NCBI GenBank assembly: GCA_951406725.2
Contig: OX597835.1
Coordinates: 42,904,001-42,968,000 of the forward strand
Direction: 5' to 3'
Length of the DNA stretch: 64,000 bases
Source of the DNA: Octopus vulgaris
Taxonomy: Eukaryota
A model generated the notes under the pieces. It had not been told where the DNA came from. It searched no databases and saw only the letters and a program-made list of their open reading frames with translations. The position numbers and the translations under genes are program-made. Shown here one piece after another: positions 42,813 through 56,861 of this stretch; the first letter of the stretch is position 1, and each line of letters opens with the position of its first letter.

Positions 42813-43765
42813 CATGAAAAAGTGAACAGTTTAACAATTAAACATGAAGTACAGTGAACACTAAAAATTCAAATATGAAAGATAAGAGCCTTATGAAGGG
42901 GATGACTAAGAACCAAAATATCTGGTGCCTTGCTGTAAAACAAGAAGACCTGTCTGCCACAGCAGAGTTGATACTGGTGCTGGTGCCACATAGAAAGCTT
43001 TGGTGCTGGTCCCAGGTTAAAAGCACTGGTGCTAGTGCCACATAAAGAGTACCCAGTTACACATTGTGGAGTGGTTGGCATTAGGGAGAGCATCCAGCTG
43101 TAAAAACCATGTCAGAACAGACAATGGAGCCCGGTGCACTCCCTGGCCAAACCCTAACCCTAACCCAGTTCGGGTCGAACCATCAAACCCATGCCAGCAT
43201 AGAAAACAGATTTCAAATGATGATGATGATATCAAAACGAACAGTGAGACATCATCATCTTTATCCTCATCCTCCTCCTCCTCCTCCTCATCATCATCAT
43301 CATCATCATCATCGTCGTCGTCATCATCATCATCATCATCATTGTCATCAGCATCATCATCATCATCATCATCATCATTGTCATCATCATCATCATCATC
43401 ATCATCATCAACATCACTGTCATCATCATCATCATCATCATCATAATTATCCTCCTCCTCCTCCTCCTCCTCATCATCATCATCATCATTTAACATCTGT
43501 TCTCCATGCTGGCATGAAAAGCAGTAAACAGTTAAGCAGTTAACACTTAAAGATGTGTTTCATGAACAGTTGAATATAAATGACATGTCATCGTCAACGG
43601 GTAAACAGTTAAATATTTTTTTTAAATCACAGTGAACACTCAAACAGTGAAATATATATCTATATAAAAAAAAAAAGGATGGAAGTGAACAATTAAACTG
43701 TTAAACATTAAGTCAGTGAACAGCAGACAGTGCAAAAGAATGCGGTGAACATGTAAAAGGCTTAC

Positions 43766-43901
43766 TTGTCGTATTCAATAGCAAATTCTAACTGACCGAT
43801 TTTCGGCATGTCTGGCTGCATATCAAAGACTGAACAATCGGAGGCAACACTCTCACAAGATTCAGCACGTTTGATGCCATGACCGAGTTCGAAATCAGAA
43901 G
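43766..43901 (-). CDS. SYT12: Synaptotagmin-12-like, coding exon 3 (linker and start of C2A)
   Basis: Acceptor ttccttcag, ASDFELGHGIKRAESCESVASDCSVFDMQPDMPKIGQLEFAIEYDK, 136 nt, phase-2 donor GTAAG. GQLEFAIEYD is a typical C2A first strand. Confidence 0.93.
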
Positions 43902-44584
43902 CTGAAGGAAAAGAATGGTAAACACAGGATGTAAAAGAGAGACAGGAATAGAAGAATGACAATAATTCTGTTACAACCAATTATGATAATAACACCAATG
44001 ACACCCACCATCACAAACCACCAATGGCACTGACACTATGGTAGCGACAAGAAGAATGCAAACAAACCATCACCATTACTATCACCATCACCATCAACTA
44101 CCACAGTAACAACAAAAGTGCTGATAACACTATAACCACCCACCACCATCAGCTCCTGCAGTAGCAATAGCACCACCACCACCAATCACCACCACTACTA
44201 CTACTACCACCACCACCACCACCACCAATCACCACGATCTACCACCGCCGCCACCACCACCACCACTACCACCACCACCACCACCACCACCACCACCACC
44301 ACCACCACCACTACCACCACCACCACCACCACCACTACCACCACCACCAATCACCACAATCTACCACCGCCGCCACCACCACCACCACTACCACCACCAC
44401 CACCACCACCACTACCACCACCACCAATCACCACAATCTACCACCGCCGCCACCACCACCACCACTACCACCATCATCAACTACTGTAACAATAACATCA
44501 ACATCAAGAATATCACCATCACCACCAACCCCACAACAACCTCTCCAACCACAGAAGTAAGGAGCCGGGTGTAAAGGGACTTAC

Positions 44585-44747
44585 CTACAGATGTTGATGG
44601 TTGAGAGCCGGGGCTGCCCCCAGGGCTCTGTTCTTCCCGGGGTGGGGAATCATTAGCCATATTGATATACTTGGGGTCGCTTTGAAGTGTGTCATACTGG
44701 ACGAATTTGCCACTGGTGTCCAAGACGAAATCATTTTCAGAGCTCAC
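44585..44747 (-). CDS. SYT12: Synaptotagmin-12-like, coding exon 2 (cytoplasmic linker)
   Basis: Acceptor ctaattccag, VSSENDFVLDTSGKFVQYDTLQSDPKY...PGSQPSTSV, 163 nt, phase-1 donor GTAAG. Phases join exons 1 and 3 in frame. Confidence 0.88.
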
Positions 44748-44770
44748 CTGGAATTAGAATTGGTAAACAG

Positions 44771-44807
<37 letters not shown>

Positions 44808-45018
44808 AGGAGAGAGGGAGGGAGGAGAGAGGGGGGAGGAGAGAGAGGGGGGAGGAGAGAGAAAAATACTGCAAAAATCAACATCATCATGAAGATAGTC
44901 ATCAACAACATCATCACCAATATCATTGTCGTTATCATCGTCATCATCAATATCATCACACCATCACACTAGTGCAACCTCTATCATTGCCATCATCACC
45001 ACCACCACCACCATCAGC

Positions 45019-45070
<52 letters not shown>

Positions 45071-45379
45071 ATTGCACCAGACTGCAGTCTGATTTGGAAT
45101 GGCTTCTACAGCAGGATGCTCTTCCTGATGCCAACCACTTTACAGAGTGTGCTGGGTGCCTTTATGTGGCACTGCACATGTGCTTCCATGTGGCACACTG
45201 CAGCAGTACTTTTACGTGGTACCGCATGAGTGCTTTTATGTTGTGCCACATGGACTCTTTTACTTGGCACCACCTGGGCGGTTTTACCAGGCACCACCTG
45301 GGCACTTTTGCATGGCACCACCGTCAGTGCCTTACAACACCAGAGGGACTGGTCTTAACACTTCTGTTGCAGAGTAGGG

Positions 45380-45905
45380 ATCCTCTTGAGTACAACAAGG
45401 GGACAGGTATCTCAGTCCTTTGTCACCTCACCTGAAGGGTTCAGTGTTCTGAGGTCATTCTTCAGTACTTCGTGTCATGTCTTCCTGGGTCTCCTACTTC
45501 CATGTGTTCCATCTACTTTAAGGAATTGACACTTCTTCATGGAGCTGTTAGCCTCCATCTGCATCACTTGACCAAACCAACGAAGTCTTCTCTCTTGCAC
45601 ACAGCAACCAATTCCTCTTACTCCTATCGTCTCCCTGAAAACACTTGCACTCTATCAAACATGTGCAATTACATTACACATCCAGCGGCAACACTAATTC
45701 TCATCCCTGCCTTGCAGCATTTGGCAGCGGAACCATTCAGCGCATGAGGTCACCTTCTGATGAGCCATGGAGCACCATGGCATCTGCAAATATCAGCCGA
45801 CTGATCCAACACCTAAGGATTGTGATATCAGTTCCACAATGGCTGTATGTGTCAATTCAGCTCATAACAATTATGAAAAGGAGAGGTGACAACACACGTC
45901 CTTGC
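45380..45905 (-). pseudogene. Non-LTR retrotransposon (RTE-like) reverse transcriptase fragments
   Basis: Minus strand reads QGRVLSPLLFIIVMS*...RLIFADAMVLHGSSEGDL (RT QG..LSPLLF and FADD-like motifs), followed by a GRP-type C-terminal remnant. Confidence 0.75.
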
Positions 45906-46457
45906 TGAAGCCCAGCACCCATTTACCCAAACACAAGCATCTGAGACAAGTGGAGCAGTTTAAGTAGCTCAGAGCCGTATTCACAAGTGATGGGAAGCAA
46001 GGGGCTGAACTGGATGCTGGAATTTCTGGTGCCGGTACAATAAGGTGCCAACTCCAGAATTTGATCCTCAGCAGAGGAGATAGATAAGGAAAGATAAAAT
46101 TACCTTTTTGAGTCATGTCAACACATGAGGGCCACTTTCCCGGTTTCCATGACATATAAATTCCCCACCGGGATGGGATGGCAGTCCACCACAGGATTAC
46201 TCCCTTTTGCCAGCTGAGTGAACTGGAGCAACATGAAATGAAGTGTTTTGTTCAAGAACACAACACGTTGCCCAGTCCAGGGATCGAAACCACAATCATA
46301 TAATCATGAGTTCAGTACCATAACCAGTATGCCCCTATGGACATATGATTAGAATGTCGCAGGAATGAATCACAAGACAGATTCTTCAATCCAAGCCAAC
46401 TGGTAGAAGACCAAAGGGTAGACCAAGGATGAGATGGTTGAATAATATCCAATCCAA

Positions 46458-46621
46458 GGTGCAGGAGTGGCTGTGTGGTAAGTAGCTTGCTTACCAACCA
46501 CATGGTTCCGGGTTCAGTCCCACTGCGTGGCATCTTGGGCAAGTGTCTTCTACTATAGCTTCGGGCCGACCAAAGCCTTGTGAGTGGATTTGGTAAACGA
46601 AACTGGAAGAAGCCCATCGTA

Positions 46622-46708
<87 letters not shown>

Positions 46709-46939
46709 TTGTGTGTATATGTTTGTGTATCTGTGTTTGACCCCCACCATTGCTTGACAACCGATGGTGGTGTGTTTACGTCCCGTAACTTAGCGGTTCA
46801 GCAAAAGAGACCGATAGAATAAGTACTAGGCTTACAAAGAATAAGTCCTGGGGGTCGATTTACTCAACTAGAAGGCGGTGCTCCAGCATGGCCACAGTCA
46901 AATGACTGAAACGAGTAAAAGAGTAAAAGAGTAAAAGAG
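46458..46939 (+). mobile_element. SINE family A
   Basis: Full-length copy with (GAGTAAAA)n tail. Confidence 0.85.
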
Positions 46940-47549
46940 CAACCTCAGCTGGTCCCACTTGGGAATCCTGCCAAAAAGTGTAATGAGGGTTGTTTCTGAG
47001 AGGGGACACTAAAGGAGATGTGCCCTGAGGACCCTACTCCAAAAACCCTTCAAGGAATAGTGGGGGAAGAAAATGGATGGTGCTACTTTATTTTGTTATC
47101 TCTTTTGATGAAATACTTGTCAGAAAAAAAAAATGGTTCTTAAATTAACCAATTCTAGTTTGGAATTTTGTAAATCTTTAAATCTCCCATCTTTCACTCT
47201 CATAACATTGAGATTGGAATCTCCATCATTTTGTCATCTTTCCAACATCTAAACAGTTTTCTGGTGGGTGTCTCTGATGGATGGCACTGGTCGTGTAGGT
47301 GTTGTTGTTGGTGGTGGTAGTGGTAGTGATCTTAGTAGTGTTGATGTTGGTGGTGGTGGTGGTAATGGTGGTGGTGCTGGCAGCAGTAGTGGTGGTGGTG
47401 ATGGTGGTTGTGATGAGGAGGAGGAGGAGGAAGATGACGATGATGATGATACTTCACAACTAAATGATAGCCATCGTTTGTCTAAATTATATTCTAATCC
47501 ACATTATACACAGATTGTTGCCAAAACATGAGAATCGATACAATACCAA

Positions 47550-47632
<83 letters not shown>

Positions 47633-47773
47633 CTCTCTCTCTCTTTCTCTCTCTCTTTCTTTCTCTCCCTCTTGTAGCTAACTAGTCACACCCACACACA
47701 CATTTATTATAGCATCACTATCACCAGCACTGTAGCTGGTCATCATCATCATCATCATCATCTACATCATCAT

Positions 47774-47815
<42 letters not shown>

Positions 47816-47826
47816 CACTACCACTA

Positions 47827-47905
<79 letters not shown>

Positions 47906-47918
47906 AATCATCACATTC

Positions 47919-47964
<46 letters not shown>

Positions 47965-47997
47965 TATTATTATCATAATTATTATTACTTCTTCTTC

Positions 47998-48058
<61 letters not shown>

Positions 48059-48099
48059 CATTATTATTATTATTATTATAATTATTATCATCATCATTA

Positions 48100-48132
<33 letters not shown>

Positions 48133-48336
48133 TATTATTTATTATTAAGGCAGTGAGCTGGTAAAATCGTTAACATCCTAGACAAATTGCTTAGCAGTAT
48201 TTCAAATTCCGCAAAGGTCAACTTTGCCTTTCATCCTTTTGGGGTCAATAAATTAAGTACCAGTTGTGTACTGGGGCCAATCAAATAGACTGTCCCCTTC
48301 CCCCAAATTTCAGGTCTTTTACCTAGAAAAGAAAGG

Positions 48337-48379
<43 letters not shown>

Positions 48380-49017
48380 AGGTGGCGAGCTGGTAAAATC
48401 GTTAGCATGCTGGGCAAAATGCTTAGGAGTATCTCCTCTGCCGTTATGTTCTGAGTTCAAATTCTGCCAAGGTTGACTTTGCCTTTCATCCTTTCAGGGT
48501 CGATAAATTAAGTACCAGTTATACACTGGGATCAATGTAATCGACTTAATCCCTTCCTCCAAATTTGGGGCCTTGTACTTCCAGTAGAAAGGTAGGTGAA
48601 TGCTGGAATAATGGCCATTGTGAAAGGAGCAATTCTGAGTGTGCACCTGTAAAAAAAATAAGTGCTTTTGCTCTGTTATTCAGGCACCCATGGCTTTTGT
48701 GGGTTTTTCCATGAGGTCCTTAAAGCGTCTCCCCTATTGGGAGTTTATGTGCGCCCTTGTGGCCAATAAAAGAATGAATTGTTATTATTATCATTATTCT
48801 TATCAGGCAGTGAGCTGGCAGAATCATTAGCTCACCAGGCAAAATACTTAGCAGCAGTTCATCTATCCTTACATTTTGAGTTCAAATTCCACCAAGGTCA
48901 ACCTTGCCTTTCATCCTTCAGGGTCAATAAAATAAGCACTGGGGTCAATGTATTCAACTTGTCTCCTCCCCAAAAATTTCAGGCCTTGTGCCTATAGTAG
49001 AAAGGCTTATTATTACA

Positions 49018-49293
49018 CTTTACTCTTTTACTTGTTTCAGTCATTTGACTGCGGCCATGCTGGAGCACCACCTTTAATCAAGCAACTCGACCCCGGCACT
49101 TATTCTTTTGTAAGCCCAGTACTTATTCTATCGGTCTCTTTTGCTGAACCGCTAAGTGACGGGGACGTAAACACACCAGCATCGGTTGTCAAGCAATGCT
49201 AGGGTGACAAACACAGACACACAAACACACACGCATATATATCATCATCATCATCATCATCGTTTAACGTCCGCTTTCCAAGCTAGCATGGGT

Positions 49294-49324
<31 letters not shown>

Positions 49325-49487
49325 GATGGGCTTCTTTCAGTTTCCGTCTACCAAATCCACTCACAAGGCTTTGGTCGGCCCGAGGCTTATAGTAGAAGAC
49401 ACTTGCCCAAGGTGCCACGCAGTGGGACCGAACCCAGAACCATGTGGTTGGTAAGCAAGCTACTTACCACACAGCCACTCCTGCGCC
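49018..49487 (-). mobile_element. SINE family A with a short nested (CAT)n-tailed fragment
   Basis: Reverse-complement copy, with an insertion at about 49242-49294 inside its microsatellite. Confidence 0.8.
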
Positions 49488-49518
49488 TATGTATGTATTA
49501 TTATCATCATTATTATTA

Positions 49519-49562
<44 letters not shown>

Positions 49563-50722
49563 TTAAGGTGGTAAGCTAGCAGAATCATTCGCATGTCAGA
49601 TGAAAATGCTTAGCAGCTTTTCTTTTAGTTCTTTGCATTCTGGGGTCAACTTTATTTTCGATCCTTTCGGGGTCAATAAGATAAGTACCAGCCAAGCACT
49701 GGGGTCAATGTCATTGACTTAAATTTGCTGGTCTGGTGCCAAAATTTGAAACCCTTTTTTTGGAAGGAATTGCCGGAGCATCAAGTAAATTGGTTTGCCA
49801 TGTTTCTTCTGGTTCCTTATGTTCAGTTGACTTTGCTTTTTATCCCTCCATCCTCATCATCATCAAAATCATCTTCATTGTCATCATCATTATTATCAAC
49901 TCCTGGACAATTAATCTCTGAAGTCCTAGCACTCATAAGGTCAAATACCCAATTTCCAATGCGCATAAGTAACTAAGATCACAAATTCATCCATGAACAG
50001 GACACCAGTCCACTACAGGGTGGACCCACTTACAGCTGAGTAGACTGGAGCAACATGAAATGAAGTGTATTTGCTCACTGACACAACACTCTGCACAGTC
50101 CAGGGATTGAAACCACAATCTTGCAATCATGACTGTAGCACCCTAACTACTATCGCCCACGCCTTTCATTCCTCCTCCTCCTCATCATCATCATCATCGT
50201 TTAACGTCCGTTTTCCATGCTAGCATGGGTTGGACGGTTCAACTGGGGTCTGGGAAGCCAGAAGGCTGCACCAGGTTCCAGTCTGATCTGGCAGTGTTTC
50301 TACAGCTGGATGCCCTTCCTAACGCCAACCACTCTGTGAGTGTAGTGGGTGCATTTTACGTGCCACCAGCACGGGGCCAGACGAGGCTGGCAATGGCCAT
50401 GATAAAATAAAGTACCAGCCATGCACTGGGGTCAATGTAATTGTCTTACTTCCCTTCTGCTAAATTTGCTGGCCTTGTTCCAAAATTTAAAGCCAATTCT
50501 ATTGACAGAATTGCTGGAGCAATGGACGAATTGTCATGCAGTATTTGTTCTGGTGCTCTATGTTCTGAGTTCAAATCCCGCCACAGTCAACTTTGCCTTT
50601 TGTCCCTCCAGGATCAATAATATAAAGTACCAACTCTGTACCCAGGGTGATGGTATCAACTATCCCTTCCCCTCGAAATGCCAACCTTGAGCTTCAGTTA
50701 GAAGCAATTATTATTATCACGT

Positions 50723-50894
50723 AGGCACAGGAGTAGCTGTGTGGTAAGTAGCTTGCTAACCAACCACATGGTTCCGGGTTCAGTCCCACTGCATGGCATC
50801 TTGGGCAAGTGTCTTCTGCTATAGCCCTGGGCCGACCAATGCCTTGTGAGTGGATTTGGTAGATGGAAACTGAAAGAAGCCTGTCGTATATATG

Positions 50895-50956
<62 letters not shown>

Positions 50957-51158
50957 TGTATTTGTCCCTCTAGCATTGCTTGACAACCGATACTGGTGTG
51001 TTTACGTCCCCGTAACTTAGCGGTTCGGCAAGAGAGACTGATAGAATAAGTACTGGGCTTACAAAGAATAAGTCCCGGGCTTGATTTGCTCAACTAAAGG
51101 CAGTGCTCCAGCATGGCCACAGTCAAATGACTGAAACAAGTAAAAGAGTAAAAGAGTA
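50723..51158 (+). mobile_element. SINE family A
   Basis: Full-length copy. Confidence 0.85.
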
Positions 51159-51299
51159 AGTGTAAAGGTGTCTTGTGGGAAAGGGAGAATTATTAAAATG
51201 CTTTTGAGGTGGTAAGAAGTTTGGTTTACAATTACATGGTTCCAGGTCTGGCCCCACTGCTTGGCACCTTAGACCTGTGCACAGTTAAGACGGCAAATC

Positions 51300-51347
51300 A
51301 GTTACTGATGATATCCCAGCATAGGACTGAAACTAGCCCTGCTAACT
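51300..51347 (+). ncRNA. Degenerate type I hammerhead motif inside an insertion in a SINE
   Basis: aguua-CUGAUGA-ua ucc cagcaua gga cu-GAAA-cuagcccugc-uaacu. 5-bp stem I, but the cleavage-site U is missing. Confidence 0.45.
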
Positions 51348-51746
51348 AAGGGAGGTCAGCCAATGTCTTTTATTATAGCCTTTGCCTGACCTAAGCCTTG
51401 TGAGTAGATTTGGTAGATAGAAACTGAAAGAAACCCAATCTATACATGTGTGTGTGTATGTGTGTCTTTGTGTCTGTGTTTGCGCCCCACCAGCACTTGA
51501 CAACTGGTGTTGGTGTGTTTACATCCCTGTAACTTAGCAATTTGGCAAAAAGAGACCAATAGAATAAGAACGAGGCTTAAAACTATAAGTATTGGGACGA
51601 TCCATTCAACAAAAAATATTTCAAAGTGGTGCCCCAGCATGGCCACAGTCTAATGGCTGAAACAACTAAAAGACAAAAGACATAAGATTAAAGATAAAAG
51701 ATGACTAATGACTAATTCAAAGACATTAATGAAACTAATTACTCAC

Positions 51747-51914
51747 CATGTAGCCATTGTAATGTTCGTTCTTCGTTAGAACAGCTTTCTCCTCTCCGTA
51801 GGCAAAGCAAGAGGTTAGGTTGTAGATGCCGTACAATCGAAGCAACATGGCAATCCCTCCTGCCAAGGCACCGATCACTATGACAACCAGAACAATTACT
51901 CCCCAATCGCTCAT
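51747..51914 (-). CDS. SYT12: Synaptotagmin-12-like, coding exon 1 (short N-terminus + transmembrane helix)
   Basis: Hand translation: MSDWGVIVLVVIVIGALAGGIAMLLRLYGIYNLTSCFAYGEEKAVLTKNEHYNGYM. ATG context accATG. 168 nt, phase-0 donor GTGAGT at 51746-51741. Upstream acceptor cttccagtag. Not in the ORF track as this peptide. Confidence 0.88.
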
Positions 51915-51984
51915 GGTCGGATGATTCTACTGGAAGACTGGAGCCAGCAATAGAAGCATTAAACAGCTTTGGTAGAAGATGTAA

Positions 51985-53610
51985 GGTGGAGTGGAGTGTG
52001 GAGCTGAGAGTGGAGTGTGGCTTCTGGTTTGAGTGCTGGAGAAATCAACTGCAAATAAAAGGATGGATGAGATGTATAAGACATTGATGAGGAAGGTTTT
52101 TGTGGAGTGGAGTGGAGTGAGGTGTGTTTTGGAGTGAAGTGTGGCTTCTGTTTTGAGTGCTGGAGAAATCAACTGAAAATAAAAGGATGAATGAGATGTA
52201 TAAGACATTGATGAGGAAGGTTTTTGTGGAGTGGAGTGGAGTGAGGTGTGTTTTGGAGTGGAGTGTGGAGTTTGGAGTGGAGTGTAGCTTCTATTCTGAG
52301 TGCTGGAGAAATCAACTGAAAATAAAAGGATGAATGAGATGTATAAGACATTGATGAGGAAGGTTTTTGTGGAGTGGAGTGGAGTGAGGTGTGTTTTGGA
52401 GTGGAGTGTGGTGTTTAGAGTGGAGTGTAGCTTCTATTCTGAGTGCTGGAGAAATCAACTGAAAGAAGGAAGGATGAGACGAAGAAGATATTGATGAGAT
52501 GTTTTTTGTGAAGTAGAGTGGAGTGGAATGAAGTGAGATGTATTTTGGAGTGAAAGATGTGTGTTATGGAGTGGAAGATGGAGTTTAGAGTGGAGTGTAG
52601 CTTCTATTTTTTTAGGGGTATGTATAAATCTACTTTCTCTGTTTTTTAAGAAGATAGTGTTAACAATTGTGACCACAAAGAAGTTTCCTCATTTGCTCAA
52701 ACCTTCCCAACTACATGGTCGTGAGTTCAGTCCCACTGCACAGTACCTTGAGCAAGTGCTGGAGAAATCTACTGAAAAAGAAAGGATGAGATAAATAAAA
52801 CATTGGCGAGGGAGGAGTGGAGTGGAGTGAGGTGTTTTTGAGTGAAAGAAGTGTATTATGGAGTGGAGTGTGGAGTTTAGAACTTCTACTCTGGGTACTG
52901 GAGAGATTGAGTGAAAAAGACAGAGTGAAGATGTTAAGGAGGGAGCAAGGAGTATTGTAGGGTAAGGCATGGTGTGGATTGTGGAGTGGAGTGTGGAATG
53001 TGGAGTTGAGAGTGGATTGGAGTTTAGCTTCTATTCTGAGTGTTGGAGAAATTGAGATAGGAACGATGAGATGAATAAAACATTGATGAGGGAGAGTTTT
53101 GTGGAGTGGAGTGAAAGAAGTATGTTATGGGATGGAAGGTGGGGTTTAGAGTGGAGTGTGGCTTCTATTCTGGGTGCCAGAGAAATAAACTGTAAAAGAA
53201 AGAATGAGACAAATAAGACAAGGAAGATGGAGGAGGGTTTTGTAGAATGGAATAAAGTTTATGAAGTGGAGTGTAGTATGGAGTGTGAAGCAGGGTATAA
53301 GAGAAACATAAAAAGTAATGTGAAGTGATGGTTTTGTGGAGTGGAGTGCATCATGTATAGTGGAGTGTAGCTTCTATCAAGAATTCTGGAGAGATTGAGT
53401 ATGAGAGAGAGGGAGGGAGAGAGAAGGGTGAGACAGACAGTGAGGAGTGTTGTAGAGTAAAGTGTGGAATGGACTACGGAGTGGAGTGTCGCTTCTTCTA
53501 CCCTAAGTACTGGAGAAATCAACCAAAATAGAGAGGCAAACAGACAGACAGACAGATAAAACAATGTGAAACCAGGGTTTTGTGGAGGGAAGGGTGAGGT
53601 GTGTTGTGAC
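51985..53610. repeat. Degenerate ~120-130-bp tandem repeat rich in GGAGT
   Basis: Recurring gagtgctggagaaatcaactg at about 52032, 52156, 52298, 52441 and later, plus (GGAGT)n runs. Confidence 0.85.
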
Positions 53611-53629
53611 ATTTATTCTGGCTGTGAGA

Positions 53630-53644
53630 AATAAGGAAAGAAAA

Positions 53645-53684
<40 letters not shown>

Positions 53685-54357
53685 AAACAAAGAGGAAGAT
53701 ATAGAGAGAAGGAAATAGAGAGAGTGGGAGAGAGAGAGAGAAATAGAAGGAAATAGGGAAAGAATAAGAGTGAGAAAGGAGAGAAAAACAGGAGGAAACA
53801 GAGAGGAAGAGAGAGAGGGAGAGGAAGAGAGAAAGTGAGAGAGGGAGAGGAAGAGAGGGAGAGAGAGAGGGAGAGGAAGAGAGAAAGAGAGAAAGGGAGA
53901 GGAAGAGAGAAAGGGAGAGAGGGAGATGAAGAGAGAAAGTGAGAGAGAGAGAGGAAGAGAGAAAGGGAGAGAGGGAGAGGAAGAGAGAGAAGGGAGAGAG
54001 GGAGAGGAAGACAGAAAGGGAGAGCGGAAGAGAGAAAGGGAGAGAAAGGGAGAGAAAGGGAGAGGAAGAGAGAAAGTGAGAGAAGGAGAGGAAGAGAGAG
54101 GGGGAGAGGGGAGAGGAAGAGAGAAATGGAGAGGGGAGAGGAAGAGAGAAAGGGAGAGAGGGAGAGGAAGAGAGAAAGTGAGAGAGGGAGAGGAAGAGAG
54201 AAAGGGAGAGAGGGAGAGGAAGAGAGAAAGGGAGAGAGGGAGAGGAAGAGAGAAAGTGAGAGAGGGAGAGGAAGAGAGAAAGGGAGAGAGGGAGAGGAAG
54301 AGAGAAAGGGAGAGAGGGAGAGGAAGAGAGAGAGGGAGAGAGGGAGAGGAAGAGAGA
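53630..54357. repeat. Nearly pure polypurine (GA-rich) tandem repeat
   Basis: Units like gggagagagggagaggaagagagaaa with almost no pyrimidines on the plus strand. Confidence 0.92.
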
Positions 54358-54908
54358 TCTACGTAAACTTTTAAGATGGCAACAAGTTTGCTCACAACAG
54401 AGATATGAGTGTGTATGTGTGAGTGTGTGGGTGTATGTGTATATGTGTGTATGTGTGTGCAAGTGTATGTATGTATGTGTATGTGTGTATGTGTGTGTGT
54501 GTGTTATTGTTGGTTAATGAAATACATAGTGGGAGGAAGGGAGGTGATAGAAGCTAGCTGTGGTGGTGGTGGTGTGAGGATGTAGTGTATAGGTAGGGGG
54601 AGGGATGCTCTGGGTGGAGTTATATAAGGGTGGGGAGTGTGTCTGTGGTGGGGTGCATGGTAGCGATGTAGGGGTGGGGGAGGATGGTTGGATGGTGAGA
54701 AAGGAGGAGTGGTGTAAAAGAGAGGATGGAAGATATAAAAGGAAGAGTGAGGAAGAGCGGGAGGAGAGGGTACGGAGCGAGGAAATTTCAGAAGGAAGGC
54801 ATAGTCCGGCAGGGGAAGAAGGATTGGATGTGGTGCTTAGTACAGAGCCTGGTTGGTGGTGGACACAACATGAGTAAGGGGAGGAGATGGCACCAGATAA
54901 ACTATTTC

Positions 54909-54949
<41 letters not shown>

Positions 54950-54971
54950 TGTTGTTGTTATTGTTGTTATT

Positions 54972-55003
<32 letters not shown>

Positions 55004-55020
55004 TGTAGTAGCAGTAGTAA

Positions 55021-55069
<49 letters not shown>

Positions 55070-55748
55070 TGTTGTAGTAGTAGTAGTAGTAGTAGTTGTT
55101 GTTGTTGTTGTTGTTGTAGTAGTGGTGGTGGTGGTGGTGGTGGTGGTGGTTTTGGTAGCAGCAGTAGCAGCAGCAGCAGCAAGACACAAGGAGACATCAT
55201 GTCTATGAAACAGAGGCTGGACTATCAAATTCTCACCAAAACTAACAAAAAATACAACTCTGACTCCAGAAAGTCATCAGAATATTGTGTGAGAGACTCT
55301 GGGAAATAATAAGTTTCTTCTTGGTTTGGTCACTTTATGTTCATTTTCCTATGCTAGCATGGGTTAGACGGGTATATTCTTTTCTACTCTAGGCACAAGG
55401 CCCGAAATTTTGGGGGAGGGGGACAGTCGATTAAATTGACCCCAGTACGCTACTGGTACTTAATTTATCGACTCCGAAAAGATGGAAGGCAAAGTCGACC
55501 TCAGTGGAATTTGAACTCAGAACCTAAAGATAGATGAAATACAACTAAGCATTTCGCCCAGCATTCTAATGGTTCTGCCATCTCGCTGCCTTGTTAGATG
55601 AGAATATTACAGAAGCATTGTTATGCAACTAAATGCTCTTGCTGTCACTAACACTAAACATGTTTTTCAATAAAGGGAGCCTGGCTTGCCAGTCCTCAGT
55701 CAAACTGTCCAACACATGCCAGCATGGAAAGCAGACGTCAAGCAATGG

Positions 55749-55803
<55 letters not shown>

Positions 55804-56861
55804 CTTAATTTCATATGTCTTTGAAGGTGCAAAGTGAGAGATGATGCGCTGGCAAGAAAAATGACAACAGTCTCGCAGCTTGCTGCATAGTTTCAGAGTA
55901 CATTTCATCTAACCCCAGTCCACTCAGCTGTAGATGAGTGATCCTGTGATGGAGGAGCCTTTTAATCAGGGAGAAAGTTGGCTTCCTTGCAAAGCCAGTG
56001 GTGGGTAGGGGTGACAACTCTTGAAATCTAAAACAATGCAAAGTGCATTGTGATCAGTGATGTACAACAACATCTGGCAGTCTGGTCAATCACATAATCA
56101 CATTATATATATATATATATGTGTGTATATATATATATATATATAAAGGTGCACTTCATCGGTTACAACTGCGAGGGTCCCAGCTGATATGATCAACAGA
56201 AGAGCTTGCTTGTGAAATTACCGTGCAAGTGGCTGAGCATTCCACAGACAGGTGTACCCTTAACGTAGTTCTCAGGGAGATTCAGTGTGACACAGAGCAT
56301 GACAAGGTTGACCCTTTGAAATACAGGTATGACTCGCTTTTGCCAACTGATTGGACTGGAGCAATGTGAAATAAAGTGTCTTGCTCAAGGACACAACATG
56401 TCGCTTGGAATTGAACTTACGACCTTAAGCCGAATGCCCTAACCACTAAGCCACGCGCCTTCACACACACACACACACACACACACAGACGCACGCACAC
56501 ACACATATATACACACGAGACAGACTTCTGTTTAGTTTCTGATGAGCAAATTGATTCAAAAGACTTTGGTCATCCTAGGGCCATAGTAGAAGACACTTGC
56601 CTGAAGTGCCATGCAATGGAACTGAACCCAGAACCATGTAGTTGGAAAGCAAGCCTTTTACCACACAGCTACAACAAGCTTCTCTTTGGGTTCAGTTTCT
56701 TCCTCTCAGCCAAACCCACTTGCAAGGCTTTTGGTCAACCTCAGCCTGTAGTAGAATACACTTGCCCAAGATGCTGTGCTGTGGGATTGAACCCGAAACG
56801 ATGCAGTCGAGCAAGTGACCTTCTGAACCACCCAGCCATGCCTGCAGCTAGCATCTGGAAA

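Noticed and set aside
45758-45790. CTGATGA followed by a gccatgg/ccatggc hairpin
   Set aside because: No GAAA follows, and it is the antisense of the LINE RT coding fragment.
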